NCBI RefSeq assembly: GCF_000485595.1
Contig: NW_014577075.1
Location: 587,311-651,310, forward strand
Direction of reading: 5' to 3'
Source of the DNA: Priapulus caudatus
Taxonomy: Eukaryota
Length of the DNA: 64,000 nucleotides
The notes under the pieces were generated by a model. That model worked only from the letters and a program-made list of their open reading frames with translations. It was not told the DNA's origin and searched no databases. Shown here in pieces: positions 52,400 through 64,000 of this stretch. A program made the translations under genes and the position numbers. Position 1 is the first letter of the stretch; each line of letters begins with the position of its first letter.

Positions 52400-55315
52400 A
52401 CGTTTGCACGGTCTCTTTTATACGGCGAACTATAACAGTTGTACGCGATTATAACTTTTTGTAAGGCGCGATTTTGTACAAACTTTTGTACCGGCGCATT
52501 TGTTTACTTTTATATGCGGATTGTCAGCGTATGAGTCGCGCGATTAATCAAAAATCTATTTGTATCTCGATTTTTCAGTATTATATCGCATTTTTGTGGA
52601 GGCGATTCAGTGACAGGCTTCGACGCTGGTGTCCTTCCCGACGGGGAGCACAATATGATTTTGTATCATTGTACGCGGATACTATGTTATTCGTATTATC
52701 ATAGTGATTTACCCAGTCATAATCAGCAGTGACATTACACGTGCATTTTACGGACACGCTACGCACGATGTGATTGTAATGTTAGCCGGCTTGCGCGGTT
52801 GACACTATAATTGATGCTATCTGTGGCGGTTTGGTATCCCTTTCAGTATGATATTATTATATACTTAAGCGGTTAGCAGGTTACACACACAGCATTGTTA
52901 CGATGATAGTACACAGGCCGTTCACGATTTGTTCAGCTGGCGTCGCACCATAAGCCATTTGGGAAAAACATTTATTGACGCGGTTTCCTAATACTCAGTC
53001 AGGAGAACTGAGGCTAAGCGATTTCAAATCGACTTTTCTTAAGGGCGAGGTGAAATGTAAGTACGGTGTTTTAGCTTTGAGATAAGAGACATAGGAATTT
53101 GCCACATCTAAATCAGTAAAATGTGCAGGACGCCGCGATGTCGACCCAGAAGGCATTAGCCAGTACTAGTACTAGAAGAGCACAGCCATAATTCACTGGA
53201 CAGAGTAGTAGCATTTCTCTAAATGGTATCGACCACCATTAACTTTTCAACATAACCCATGCGGTGAGTTTATGCAACGGCCATCATTTAAGCGGGCATG
53301 TCGTACACGGTGGCTGCGTCGCTCCTGACCTGGTAGCCGCTCGTACGTTGGTCGCGCATCCCGGCTCGTTTGTTAATCCTTCCCCCACGCGCCTACTGCG
53401 CCATAAGTTTAGTGGAAGTTCTAATCAACGAAGGCTCGCGACAACGATGCGGACTGGTTTAAAAGAGATAGGTTTTGGGGACAAACGAGTGAGACCGCCG
53501 GAACCGCTAACTGATTACGCGCACAACTGTTTTGCTGTGCTGTTCATCCTGCGTCATAACTAAGTGCGCAAGAGCGACATGCGCTCAAATGACTGTGTAC
53601 TGTAGGCCGGGTATGTCTCTGAATAAACTCACTGGCAACCGAATCATAGTGTCGCCCCTCCTACCCGCACCTCAGCTGCGTTCGCGCTCAGCAGCATATA
53701 TATATATTGGATACCTACCCCATACAGATAATATAATATACTATGATTTAGCTTAGGCTTTGCTAATACCGGTAGTACAGTAATAAAGATACCAAGCTGG
53801 TGGTAACTTTAATGACTTCGCGCTTGATGTTATCATGGATATGCGTCGAGCGCGAGCGTAGTGGTGGTGGTGGGGGCAGAGTGGGGGGAGGGGGCTCTAA
53901 TAGCAAAAGCAGTTGCCGCGAGATGGCGCGTGCAAGTGTCATCAATAATTAAAGATGGCATCACCCTTCGTGCGTGATAACCTCACTCCATTGAGTTGCT
54001 GAAATCCAAGTATATTCAGGCAGGCGAGAATTTCGCTCAGCTGTGAGTTAACACATCTGCATTGTAGGTTGCCAGGCAATAATTATGATTAGAATAGTGC
54101 CAGTTCACCACCATGCATGCGTAATTAGCTGCCCCATGTTTTTGACTACCCACGCGAGCATTCAGGGTTCATTACAGTGTGCTAATACAGGGTGCTACTT
54201 AGGGTGCTAATACAGACTGCTTTAGAAAAGAATATGATTTAAGGCGCGTAACCCTTGTTTAACAAACATTTGCCTTTGCAATTGAACTGTGCAACTGTAG
54301 CCTCACATCCACAATAGCAAAGGCAGTTCAGTCCTTTGTTAACAGTCAACAAATCGATGTTTAACCCTCCTCTTAAGGGTCAAAAAGTTATCCGACACTT
54401 ACTCTTCGCATGTCAGCGGAAAGTACATTTTATGGTCCTTTCAATAAAGCCATAAAAATGCTAGGTCACCGCTGAAACAAAAAGGTTTTCAATCGCTCTG
54501 TCAGACCATGTTCTCAGAAAATGTCTAAAATCTGCCCTGTGTCCCATTGACCTTTGACCTGTGACCTCCAATTTTGGCTCAGTGATGGCTTTTCCTACCA
54601 TGATGCTATACACCGACTATCACGAGCCTAGGTCGAGCCGTTTAGATTTGTGCCGCAATTCTGCATTTCCTCCCTATACCTTAAGTTAAGGAGGGAATGT
54701 TCTCCTTTCTTTTACACCTATTAACCTTTGACCTTTAACCCCCAGCTTCGACATCTCAACTCGTTTTGACGATCCCCACCCCCGACGTCCCGAATATCGT
54801 GACCGTACGTCGAGCGGTTAAGATTTGTGCCCAACTGTTGACGCACGCACGGACGCACGCACGGACGCACGGCCGGACGGACGCACGCTTATGCGATTCT
54901 ACAAGCTGCATCTGACTACGTCAGATGAGCTAATAAAACCGTACTTGACACCGCTTACTCAACTGTTACGTCTACTCTCTACAAACCATTCAATTGTATA
55001 GCGTAAAATCAGCCACGGCGAATTGCCGGGAAAGCGACTGTCCAGAACGCAAACCGCCCATGGCTTTAATTTGTTCCTCCAGGCAAAATAACTTAACTAC
55101 GAACCTGATATGAATATATTTCGTTCAGCGCCAAACACTACTTCTTATGTTCTTATCTAGCGCAAACCAACGGCAACAAAAAATCCATATACCTTTATTA
55201 GATAACAACATTACCGACGTTCGGATACCGAGAACTCGTAAAAATAAAGAAATCCATTTCTGAGTACGTTCTCGCTTAAAAAAATGCACAATTCGAATAA
55301 AATGTGATTTCCTAT
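52400..55315 (-). repeat. Inverted copy of ~36078-39200
   Basis: Colinear reverse complement. It lacks the hAT insertion, has ~410 extra bp at ~54435-54850, and is partly indel-rich. Confidence 0.8.
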
Positions 55316-56745
55316 AGGCATGTAGTAGACATGCCTATAGACACTGTTTGACCCCATCACCTACCGCAGTTTTACGAGGTTTAAATATCTGCCGTATTAT
55401 AGTTAACGAAGTGAGTCATTGTTCAACATTTTCAGATCTATGACTGCTTCTGTGTATTTGCTTATACATGTGTATAAAAGTGTATAATTTGACCAAAGTT
55501 ATGTAAGAATATATTTCAGAGCATCGTACATTACTTCTTATGTCTGTATTTATCATGACGATTTCGGGTATTGTTTTGTATGTCCGCACACTTATACACA
55601 TGTCTTTGGAAAATACATATGTAACGTCATAACAACTGGACAGTGTATGTGCATGAAGGCTCTACGTGACCTCGAACGTCTATTCGTCACCTTGCTGACG
55701 TGAAGGTTAGCAGCTTCAAGTTGAAATACGCGTGGTAGCTTCGGATAGCTTGTTGGGGCATCTTTGAACTAAGAGAACAGGAAACAAGAGGAGAAAGGTA
55801 TGAATGGAGAAGATGGTTGCTGCGTGGGGTTAAGGTTGGAGAGCGTTCTAAGATTGACAAGGGAGAGGAGTGGAGCATAACGCTAGGCGGCGCACGTAAT
55901 ACGGCGAGAATAGCAATATTATAATTGGTTACTGCATACAGAACAACGTAAACGACAAACGAAACCGAGTTGCTATTTTATCGTTCATATTCGTCTTATA
56001 AACATAGAGCTGATATATAATGAATTTAATGAGCAATAGTTAATATTCTAATTGATTACTGCATACAGTGATAATGGCAGTGCATTGGATAAACGACTGT
56101 GTTGTCATGTTTTAAACGTCCAAATTCGTCTTAATGAATATACAGCTTATAACAATCATACTGTTGATAATGATGGTGGTAGCATTATTTTTTGTCTCGT
56201 GCAAGTTACGATACCGGACATTTCCTTCTCATATAACAATAATCTTTTAGCACCGATATGTCTAAGAAACATAGATTGTTCTCGGATTATATGTTTTATC
56301 TCAGACGGTCATGTCAGCAGGTGCGTAGCTCAGACGCGTACCACCGTGCAGGACATGTGGGCAAAGTCTTCGCCTCTAGTCGCTCCATCGAACTCGTTTT
56401 GTGAGAAACCATTTCTGTTGGCAGACGACTTCCCGCACCGACAGCATCATATCACCTAGTGTTAAATAAAGGCGATCGTTCGACGAGCGACCATCAACAC
56501 ATCAACAAAATAAAAGATTAATGGAACCGGAAGCTCGGGTCAGAGTACCGAATTTTTTTACGGATAGTTGCTTATATCTATGTTGCTGTCTATTTCAGTG
56601 CGCAAAGAGCGATGTTCTTAGTAAAACTCTTGGATTCACAACGTATGTCTTAACAAAACATAAAGATATTGGTTATATGCTACAGAATAGGCTATACTCA
56701 ATAACCGCTCGTTTACATGGGCACAATATATTATTATATAAATTG
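55000..56745 (+). repeat. Direct copy of 33867-35600
   Basis: Colinear match, including the small exon-4 relic. Confidence 0.85.
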
Positions 56746-56749
56746 CGTA

Positions 56750-56791
<42 letters not shown>

Positions 56792-57475
56792 CACACACAC
56801 AAATACAAACACACCACACCACACCACAACACACAACACACACAAACACACACACACACACACACACAACACACACACAGCACACACACACACATATATA
56901 ATATAATATATATATATCAAGAACTAATAATAATAATAGTAATAATAAATATATAGTATTTATTAGCTATTGATATATATATTATATATCGCATGCTTTA
57001 ACGCAGCATTGACGTGTATGCGAGTATATATAGTATGGGAGCAACGAGCACCTTGTCATGATTTAATTGTACGCTGTAAACATTTAGATATCTTGAGATG
57101 AAGTTGCACATGCGTTTGCTTGTTGGAACGCCAAATCGCGACTTGTTAATTAATATTAAATTCATGATATACAGCGCATGCCCATGTCATGTATTTCAAC
57201 ATTCTCCCTCTATGCTACAGTATGGGGAAACAGAATGCCCTTTAATTATATAATTGACCGCTGCATTTTGTTTATTTTCAAAAAGTTACTCATGTGCACA
57301 TGGTGTTATAAGTACAAAACCGTAACTCCCTGATTTTTTTTAAATATAACAACGAATCACTGAACCTGTTATTTGGACATAGGTATTATACTACAGTATA
57401 GAACGCTGTGTTATTTACGATTTAGTTCAGCTCTACAGTATTAGATGTTTTTATGAGGTTTTGCTTATATAGATA

Positions 57476-58019
57476 TGTGCTTACACTCTCATATAATTTC
57501 AATACTTGACACGAATTAGATTAACATCAAGACAGAAGATCAGCTGGGGGACATCGTAACATCATAACATCGTCAAGGGATCAAGACTATTGTATTGTAG
57601 TGTATTTTATATTGTATTGTATTGAGTTAGTTTCTGGTATTAATTATCATGCTTGTATTATTTTGTATTTCAGGTTATGCATTGTTGGTATTTTATTGAG
57701 TTGTTGTGTTGCGTTTTATTTTTTTATCTTTTTAGGGTTTCAGAAAATTTGTTTTGTTTGAACAGATGGTTTTACTTGGCAATTTGTGTCCAGTATTGAA
57801 ATTATATAAGAGTGGTCAGTGAGATTTGTCGGTGGGCAGTGTAAGCATAGGTATTGCACTAATCGTGGTCAGTGCAAAGTTTTGTAAACATTGTTTTTTT
57901 ATGTGGGGAGGGAGAATGTGTTCAGTGAAAGGGTTATTGTATTAGTATGGTCGACGGTACGTGGAATTTTATTTAATGTCGGTCTCTATTCGTCAGGAAG
58001 AGGTAGCGGGTGTGTGTTT

Positions 58020-58063
<44 letters not shown>

Positions 58064-58096
58064 CGTGTGTGTGGTGTGTGTGTGTGGTGTGTGTGT

Positions 58097-58149
<53 letters not shown>

Positions 58150-58255
58150 TGGTGGGGTGTGTGTGTGTGGTGTGGTGTATGCGTGGTGGTGTGTGTGTGT
58201 GTGTGTTTGTGTGGGGGTGTGTGTGTGTGTGTGGGGTGTATGTGGGTATATGTGG

Positions 58256-58299
<44 letters not shown>

Positions 58300-58311
58300 G
58301 TGTGGTAAGTG

Positions 58312-58350
<39 letters not shown>

Positions 58351-59258
58351 TGTGTGTGTGTTAGATATGGTGTGGTATGAAGGTAGTTAAAGAGGAAATT
58401 TAGATCAGCGGGACGCTGAATCGATGATGGGGTCATCGTTTTGAAGAAGGGGGAGGTAAATGTAACATGTGTTTTACAGATGTTTACATAGGCCTACATT
58501 AGTAATTTTAGCTAGATTTAGTTGTAACTAGAGCACTCGGAGAGCAAATTTTAATTGGATAATTAATTAATTGGATCCGGATTACCACCAAAATGTAATC
58601 AATTCTAAGTTACCCCATTTGTGACCTATCCTGAAAATGTAATTAATTAATTAATTAATTAATTAGATCCGGATTACCACCAAAATCTCATCAATTCTAA
58701 TTTAGCCCATTTCGGACCTATCGTGAAAATTTTATGACAATCCGTCCATAACTGTTTCAGTTGTACACAAACCCACAAACCCACAAACACACAAACGAAC
58801 AAACACACGCCGGTAAAAATATATGGGCTGGGCTGGGGTAGAGTAAGTCAGTTAGCATGTAGGTTATGAATGGTAGGTTGCGTGTGCAATGTAACGTGTT
58901 TGTTTAGAAATATTAGTCTAAACAGGGGGCAGATCGGATACATGTGTGAACGCATATGTGGTGGTTAGAATAGACAAAGCGCTAGGCAGTTAATAGTTAG
59001 GCAGGGTGAAGTTGTGTGTAATTGGTTAAGAAAAGTTTGGACTTGTTTGTGATTGGTGGAGAGTTTGTTATAAATAGAGATTTGAAGAAAGGTCAGCAGG
59101 ACTTTGTTGGAGGCTGGCATTCGAGTAGCGTGTACCGTGTGAGACCTGTATTATTTGTAAACAATAGATTCTTTTAGTAAACACAAAATATATACTGTTT
59201 CTTGATTATTTTACTCTAAATTATTTTATTTAAATCTTGGTGTAACTTCCACGTTACA
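57476..59258 (+). mobile_element. LTR-type insertion in the type-B 3' flank
   Basis: TG...CA ends and a 4-bp TSD gata, with the empty site at ~32540-32565. A purine tract gaagaagggggaggtaaa precedes tgtaac at 58461. 58461-59225 is homologous to the reverse complement of 40250-40637. A partial copy lies at 63228-64000. Confidence 0.65.
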
Positions 59259-60110
59259 GATACACTCGGTAGTTTGAGTAAAGACGTACGACTTCTCAAT
59301 AATTCGCGCACGTCTAAACTCTGACATGGGTCTTTGTGGTATAATATTAGGAAGCGGGGTCGCCCTGTGAGTTAAATCAGCACTAGATAGCACAGTAACA
59401 ACTTTCTTATTTAAACGTTGCTCATACATAAAATTGTGTTTGCCTTTCAATAAATGTAATTTGCGAGACAAGATTGAGCAAGACAAACATAATAAGTTTG
59501 AGTACGCTAACGTACGTAGCGGTAATAACGCTACTGAGTAAACTAAATATTGAATGCCTGCATGGTTACACGTGACACAAACTATCGTGCATAAAAAACA
59601 AAACATTGAGTATTTTATTTTTGCCCATGACAGCTAAATTTCTTATGATTTGGAGTGCAAACTCTAAAGCGTACATTTATTTGAATTAATATTTGCATTT
59701 ATTTGCTGTTTTCTAGTCCTGCGTAAACTCTTAAAAGCCCGTTCCGGAACTCACTTGTCATAATTTCGATGAACGATGACGATAGAATATTGCTCACAAG
59801 CTGCCGCAACTCTAATTATATTCAGGGTATAACAGCATCAATGTTTCGCCTAAGAGTTATGATTACTCGCTTATTTGAACACGTACACTGCTGTCCAGAA
59901 ATAAAATCAGTGAAGATGTCAACTGCATTGATAGAGCACTTTTATCTGTATGTGTATGTGACTTGCTGCTACTGATAACTACTAATAATATTGATTCAAC
60001 ACACGCACTCCTTCGCGACCATACTACACAACACTAATCTATGCACATATTATTCCCAGCCGCTTCTACAGAGCAACAGAAATCTACCTGTCGACTAGGA
60101 ATATTCTATT

Positions 60111-60768
60111 TTAGATGAAATGCGCTGTTATGAGAGCCGTCAGCAAGAGTGAGCTACATGTATAGTACAGTTGTCGCCCACTGCCGGTTGCTACCTTCTC
60201 CCAGCCAACGCATTGGTTACAATTGAACACGTTATTGGGATCATGTTTCTTCTTGATCTCGAGTAAACGATCGTACTTTGGTCCCCAGAAATCGTCAGCG
60301 TAGTTCGGGAGTTCGAACCCCGGTTCGTTGTAGTACACACCACGGCCATATTTGCTCATCATGGGGTTCCACTCATCCTTGAAGAAGCTGCAGACCAAGA
60401 TCGAGTTAGGAATGTTATGCACGCTATGCTTTCTATCTATAGACGTCCTATTTCTTGGTATTTTGTATCGGGAAAAAACACATGTACTTACTAATTATAT
60501 CAATGGGTAAGGAACAACTCGTTTCCGCCAATGGCGGTCATTATACGGTAATACCGGTTACTGCTATATTCGCCTTCTATTCGCAGTTTCAAATTCTGAT
60601 TTTGAATAGCATTGAACTACCTACTACCTTGGCTGTTTATAAAACCCTTCTTCGTTTTCTTACTCTTTTGTCCCTCCCCACAAACTGTCTCCACCCCCTC
60701 TCTCCTCTATTTCTCTCGCTCTCTCCCTCCCACCCTCTTACATTCTCTTTCCTCGCTTTCCTCTTTCC

Positions 60769-60802
<34 letters not shown>

Positions 60803-63227
60803 AGCTCTCCTATCTTCTCTCTTTTTTTCTCTGCTCTCCCTGCTCTCTTTCTCTCTTCTTTCCCTCTCCTCGCCCTCGTCTCTCTCCTCTTTCGTACCCC
60901 TCCTCTCTCCCCTTCTCCTTCCTTCGTTAGCTATTCCACTTCCCATCATCTACAGTTCTACACGAATACTACGTGATTATAGATACGTACTTGAGCAGGT
61001 TTTCTTCGCCATATTCGTTCCATGTTCCTCCGCAGGTAGATGACAGCGTCGCGTCACGCATGTCGTCGCTAACCGACGTCGTGTTACGGTTGCCCGATGC
61101 CAGACCTTGATGAACGAGTAAAACGAGTTAGCTCCGTCGATATCTACTCCTAACGGTTACCGCTAATGTTATGTGATGTAATGTCACGCACGTTATTAGT
61201 GTTTAGAGACGCGACGAATTTCATGTTATTATTATTATTGACGCCCTATACGTAGCATAATGGCGATAATATGGTTAAACATCTTGGTGAGCCCTGGTTT
61301 TGGAAGGTTAAGCTGATCCGCGAATTTTATGCGCCGCCCGTCTAATACATACATACATACACATTCATAGATACACATTCATAAAGGATTTTCTACCCAA
61401 TATATGTAAACAGGGTTGACTGTCTGGTGGCCTGATCTACATTACGTATTCTAATGCATGTAAAACTGTCATGTGCGCAGCGCGTACCTCCGACATGCAC
61501 CATCGTGCAGGAGATGTGGGCAAAGTCGTCCCCTCTAGTCGCTCCATCGTACATTAGCTTCGACATCTCCTGTGCGAAGTCGTTTGTGAGAAACTCCATC
61601 TGTTGCAGACGACTGTCTATTCCAACAGGAAACCCCGTGGGATCGTTGACGTTCTTCTGATATTCCCAGAAATCGGTGAAATCCGTAAAGGTGGCCTCGG
61701 TTTGCAATTCGGGGCGGAAGGTCGTTAAGGGCATCACCTGCTCTCGTTCCGCGGTGGTTGCCTTGCCGTTGTGAAGCAGGATGAATTGCACCCTGCCTGC
61801 CGTGAATCCCGCCGGCGTCCGCATTCCTGCAGATGGAATAATGTACCCGCTCCAGCCCTGGTCCATGTTTGGCAGAACCTTGTCAAAGTAGAACGCCATC
61901 ACGTCGCCTGCGTACACCTTATTCTTCTCGACTTCATCGTTGAACTTGAAGTTAGCGTAGAACATTGTGAACCCCGTATTGGCCTTGTGTAGCTTCACTG
62001 TAAACTCGGTGATGACCCCGAAGGCACCGCCGCCACCGCGGATGGCCCAGAACAAGTCCGGGTCATCACTGGAACTTTCCTGAAGCAATAGATTGACGTA
62101 TTTAGTAGTAGTTCAGCAAATACCTGGTACATTTTGCATTACACCAAAGCTGCGCGCAGCAATATTGGAGCGATACCGATAGCTAATCAATTTTGTATCG
62201 TGTTGTTGTATCGACGGTGCTTCACTAATCGCTGCATACGCAGAATGTCATGCTTAGATCCATTCACTGTAACTCACACGCATCTTTATCTCAGCATTCG
62301 CTCCTAGTACCTATAGCCTATAGCCCTATAGACTATAGCCCTATAGCCTGAGTTTTTTCTTATGGAAGAGAGCACAGTTTTGTCTCGACTGACGAATAAT
62401 GAGGAAGCATTGACGTGTTGGCAAAACAAGATTTATCGTTAGCATGTTGTTTCTACGATTCCTGATGTCAGGCTACTTCCCAGGTGCTGAAGCTGCAAAT
62501 CAACAGCGCCGGGTGTAGTATGTTAAGCTCAGAACCCCGTCTTAATATAAATTATAAATACAGCACTTTCAGCATTTTGATATAATTTAAAAAGTATGCG
62601 CATGTTCATACTTTTAATGGAATTTATTAAATTTTCGAGCAAATATACCAAACAGAAAATGTCCGAATGTACTATTATTATGATAATGCTAATTCGAGGA
62701 ACATTGGGGACGGTCTGCAGCTCCCTTCGCCGCACGCTTATGCGATTAAAATGTTCTTTTTGTAACGTTTCACGAAACAAACCACACATATACGTAGAGT
62801 AGGCTATTATAGGCGAAAAGTATCGCTACCTCATTTATTACATTTATTTTAAGCTTATATACTAATACTTAATAACTTTATTTATTAAGCTCATTATTTT
62901 GTTTCGTTCTAAAATCGAAGTCGATTTCGTTTTTCCGTAAGGTCTTAGTTAATCTCCCATTAGGTTACGGCAAACGTGCAGGTCTTGCATATAACGATGT
63001 CATACTCGCTAGAACCGCGTGCACCTAGCCTACCTTTCCGTCAACGTCTGTTATGATGGTGCTGTCCTGCTTTAGTTGAGCGATGCTGCCGTTGGCAAGC
63101 ACCATGGTAACGCCGATCACGTTATCAGAGCCGAGACCGATGTTTCTGGTGTTCGGTCCGTGACCTCCTCCTACCAGGTAGCCACCCATCGTGACGGTGG
63201 GGCAGCTTCCCGCCGCCGCCAAATACT
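60111..63227 (-). pseudogene. Type-B BBE-like oxidase copy B3, exons 3 (5'-truncated) to 6
   Basis: Exons 63227-63034, 62079-61488, 61105-60991 and 60387-60111 are open. Exon 3 abuts a (GT)n tract and has lost its acceptor. Confidence 0.8.
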
Positions 63228-64000
63228 TGTGTGTGTGTGTGTGTGTTGTGTGTAGTGTGTGGTGTTGTGGGCTGGTGCGTGTGTGGCCGATGCGTGCGTG
63301 CGTGTGGGTTTGTTTTAGATATTGGTGTGGTATGAAGGTAGTTAGAAGGGAAATTTTAGATCAGCTGGGACGCTGATCGATGATGGGGTCATCGTTTGAA
63401 GAAGGAGGGGGAGGTAAATGTAACAATGTGTTTTACAGATGTTTACATAAGGCCTACATTAGTAATTTTAGCTAGATTTTATTGCTAATAGAGCACCGGA
63501 GAGCAAAATTTTAATTGGATAATTAATTAATTGGATCCGGATTACTACCAAAAGTAATCAATCTAAGTTACCCATTTGTGACCTGATGCCTGAAATGTAA
63601 TTAATTAATTAATTAATTTACATTCTGATCCGGGATTACCACCAAAATCTCATCATTCTAAATTTAGCCCATTTCGGACGCTATTCGCTGAAATATTTTT
63701 ATGACAATTCCGTGCATAACTGTTTCAGTTGTACACAAACCCACAAACCCACATAACACACAACACGAACAAACACACGCCGGTAAAAATATATGGCTGG
63801 GCCTGGGGTAGAGTAGTCAGTTAGCATTGTGGTTATTGATAATGGGTAGGTTGCGTGTGCAATTGTAACGTGTTGTTTAGAATATTTAGTCTAAACACAG
63901 GGCAAGATCGGATACATGCCTGTGACGCATATGTGGTGGTTAGAATAGACAAAGCGTAGGCAGTTAATAGTTAGGCAGGGTGAATGTGTGTGTAATTGGT

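Overview
This is eukaryotic, probably invertebrate animal, genomic DNA: it has GT-AG introns, microsatellites, many transposon relics and one N gap. The first ~21 kb is a duplicated, repeat-rich block containing an intron-bearing Academ-type (XPG/PIN-like + CXC) transposon relic. From 23.6 kb to 63.2 kb lies a rearranged cluster of genes for secreted, probably GPI-anchored, berberine-bridge-enzyme-like (VAO/PCMH fold) FAD oxidases with a six-exon coding structure. One copy (type A, minus strand, ~557 aa) can be spliced intact. Its introns 1 and 5 hold, in antisense, the two complementary halves of a paralog (type B). A second type-B copy (exons 2-6) sits inside a TIR-bounded DNA element whose empty site is also in the window, i.e. 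a Pack-TIR-like capture. A third type-B copy is truncated in exon 3. Fold-back palindromes, multi-kb inverted repeats and microsatellite junctions surround these genes. Several stretches are indel-rich and look like unpolished long-read fill, so some rearrangements could be assembly artefacts. All calls were made by eye; no searches were run.
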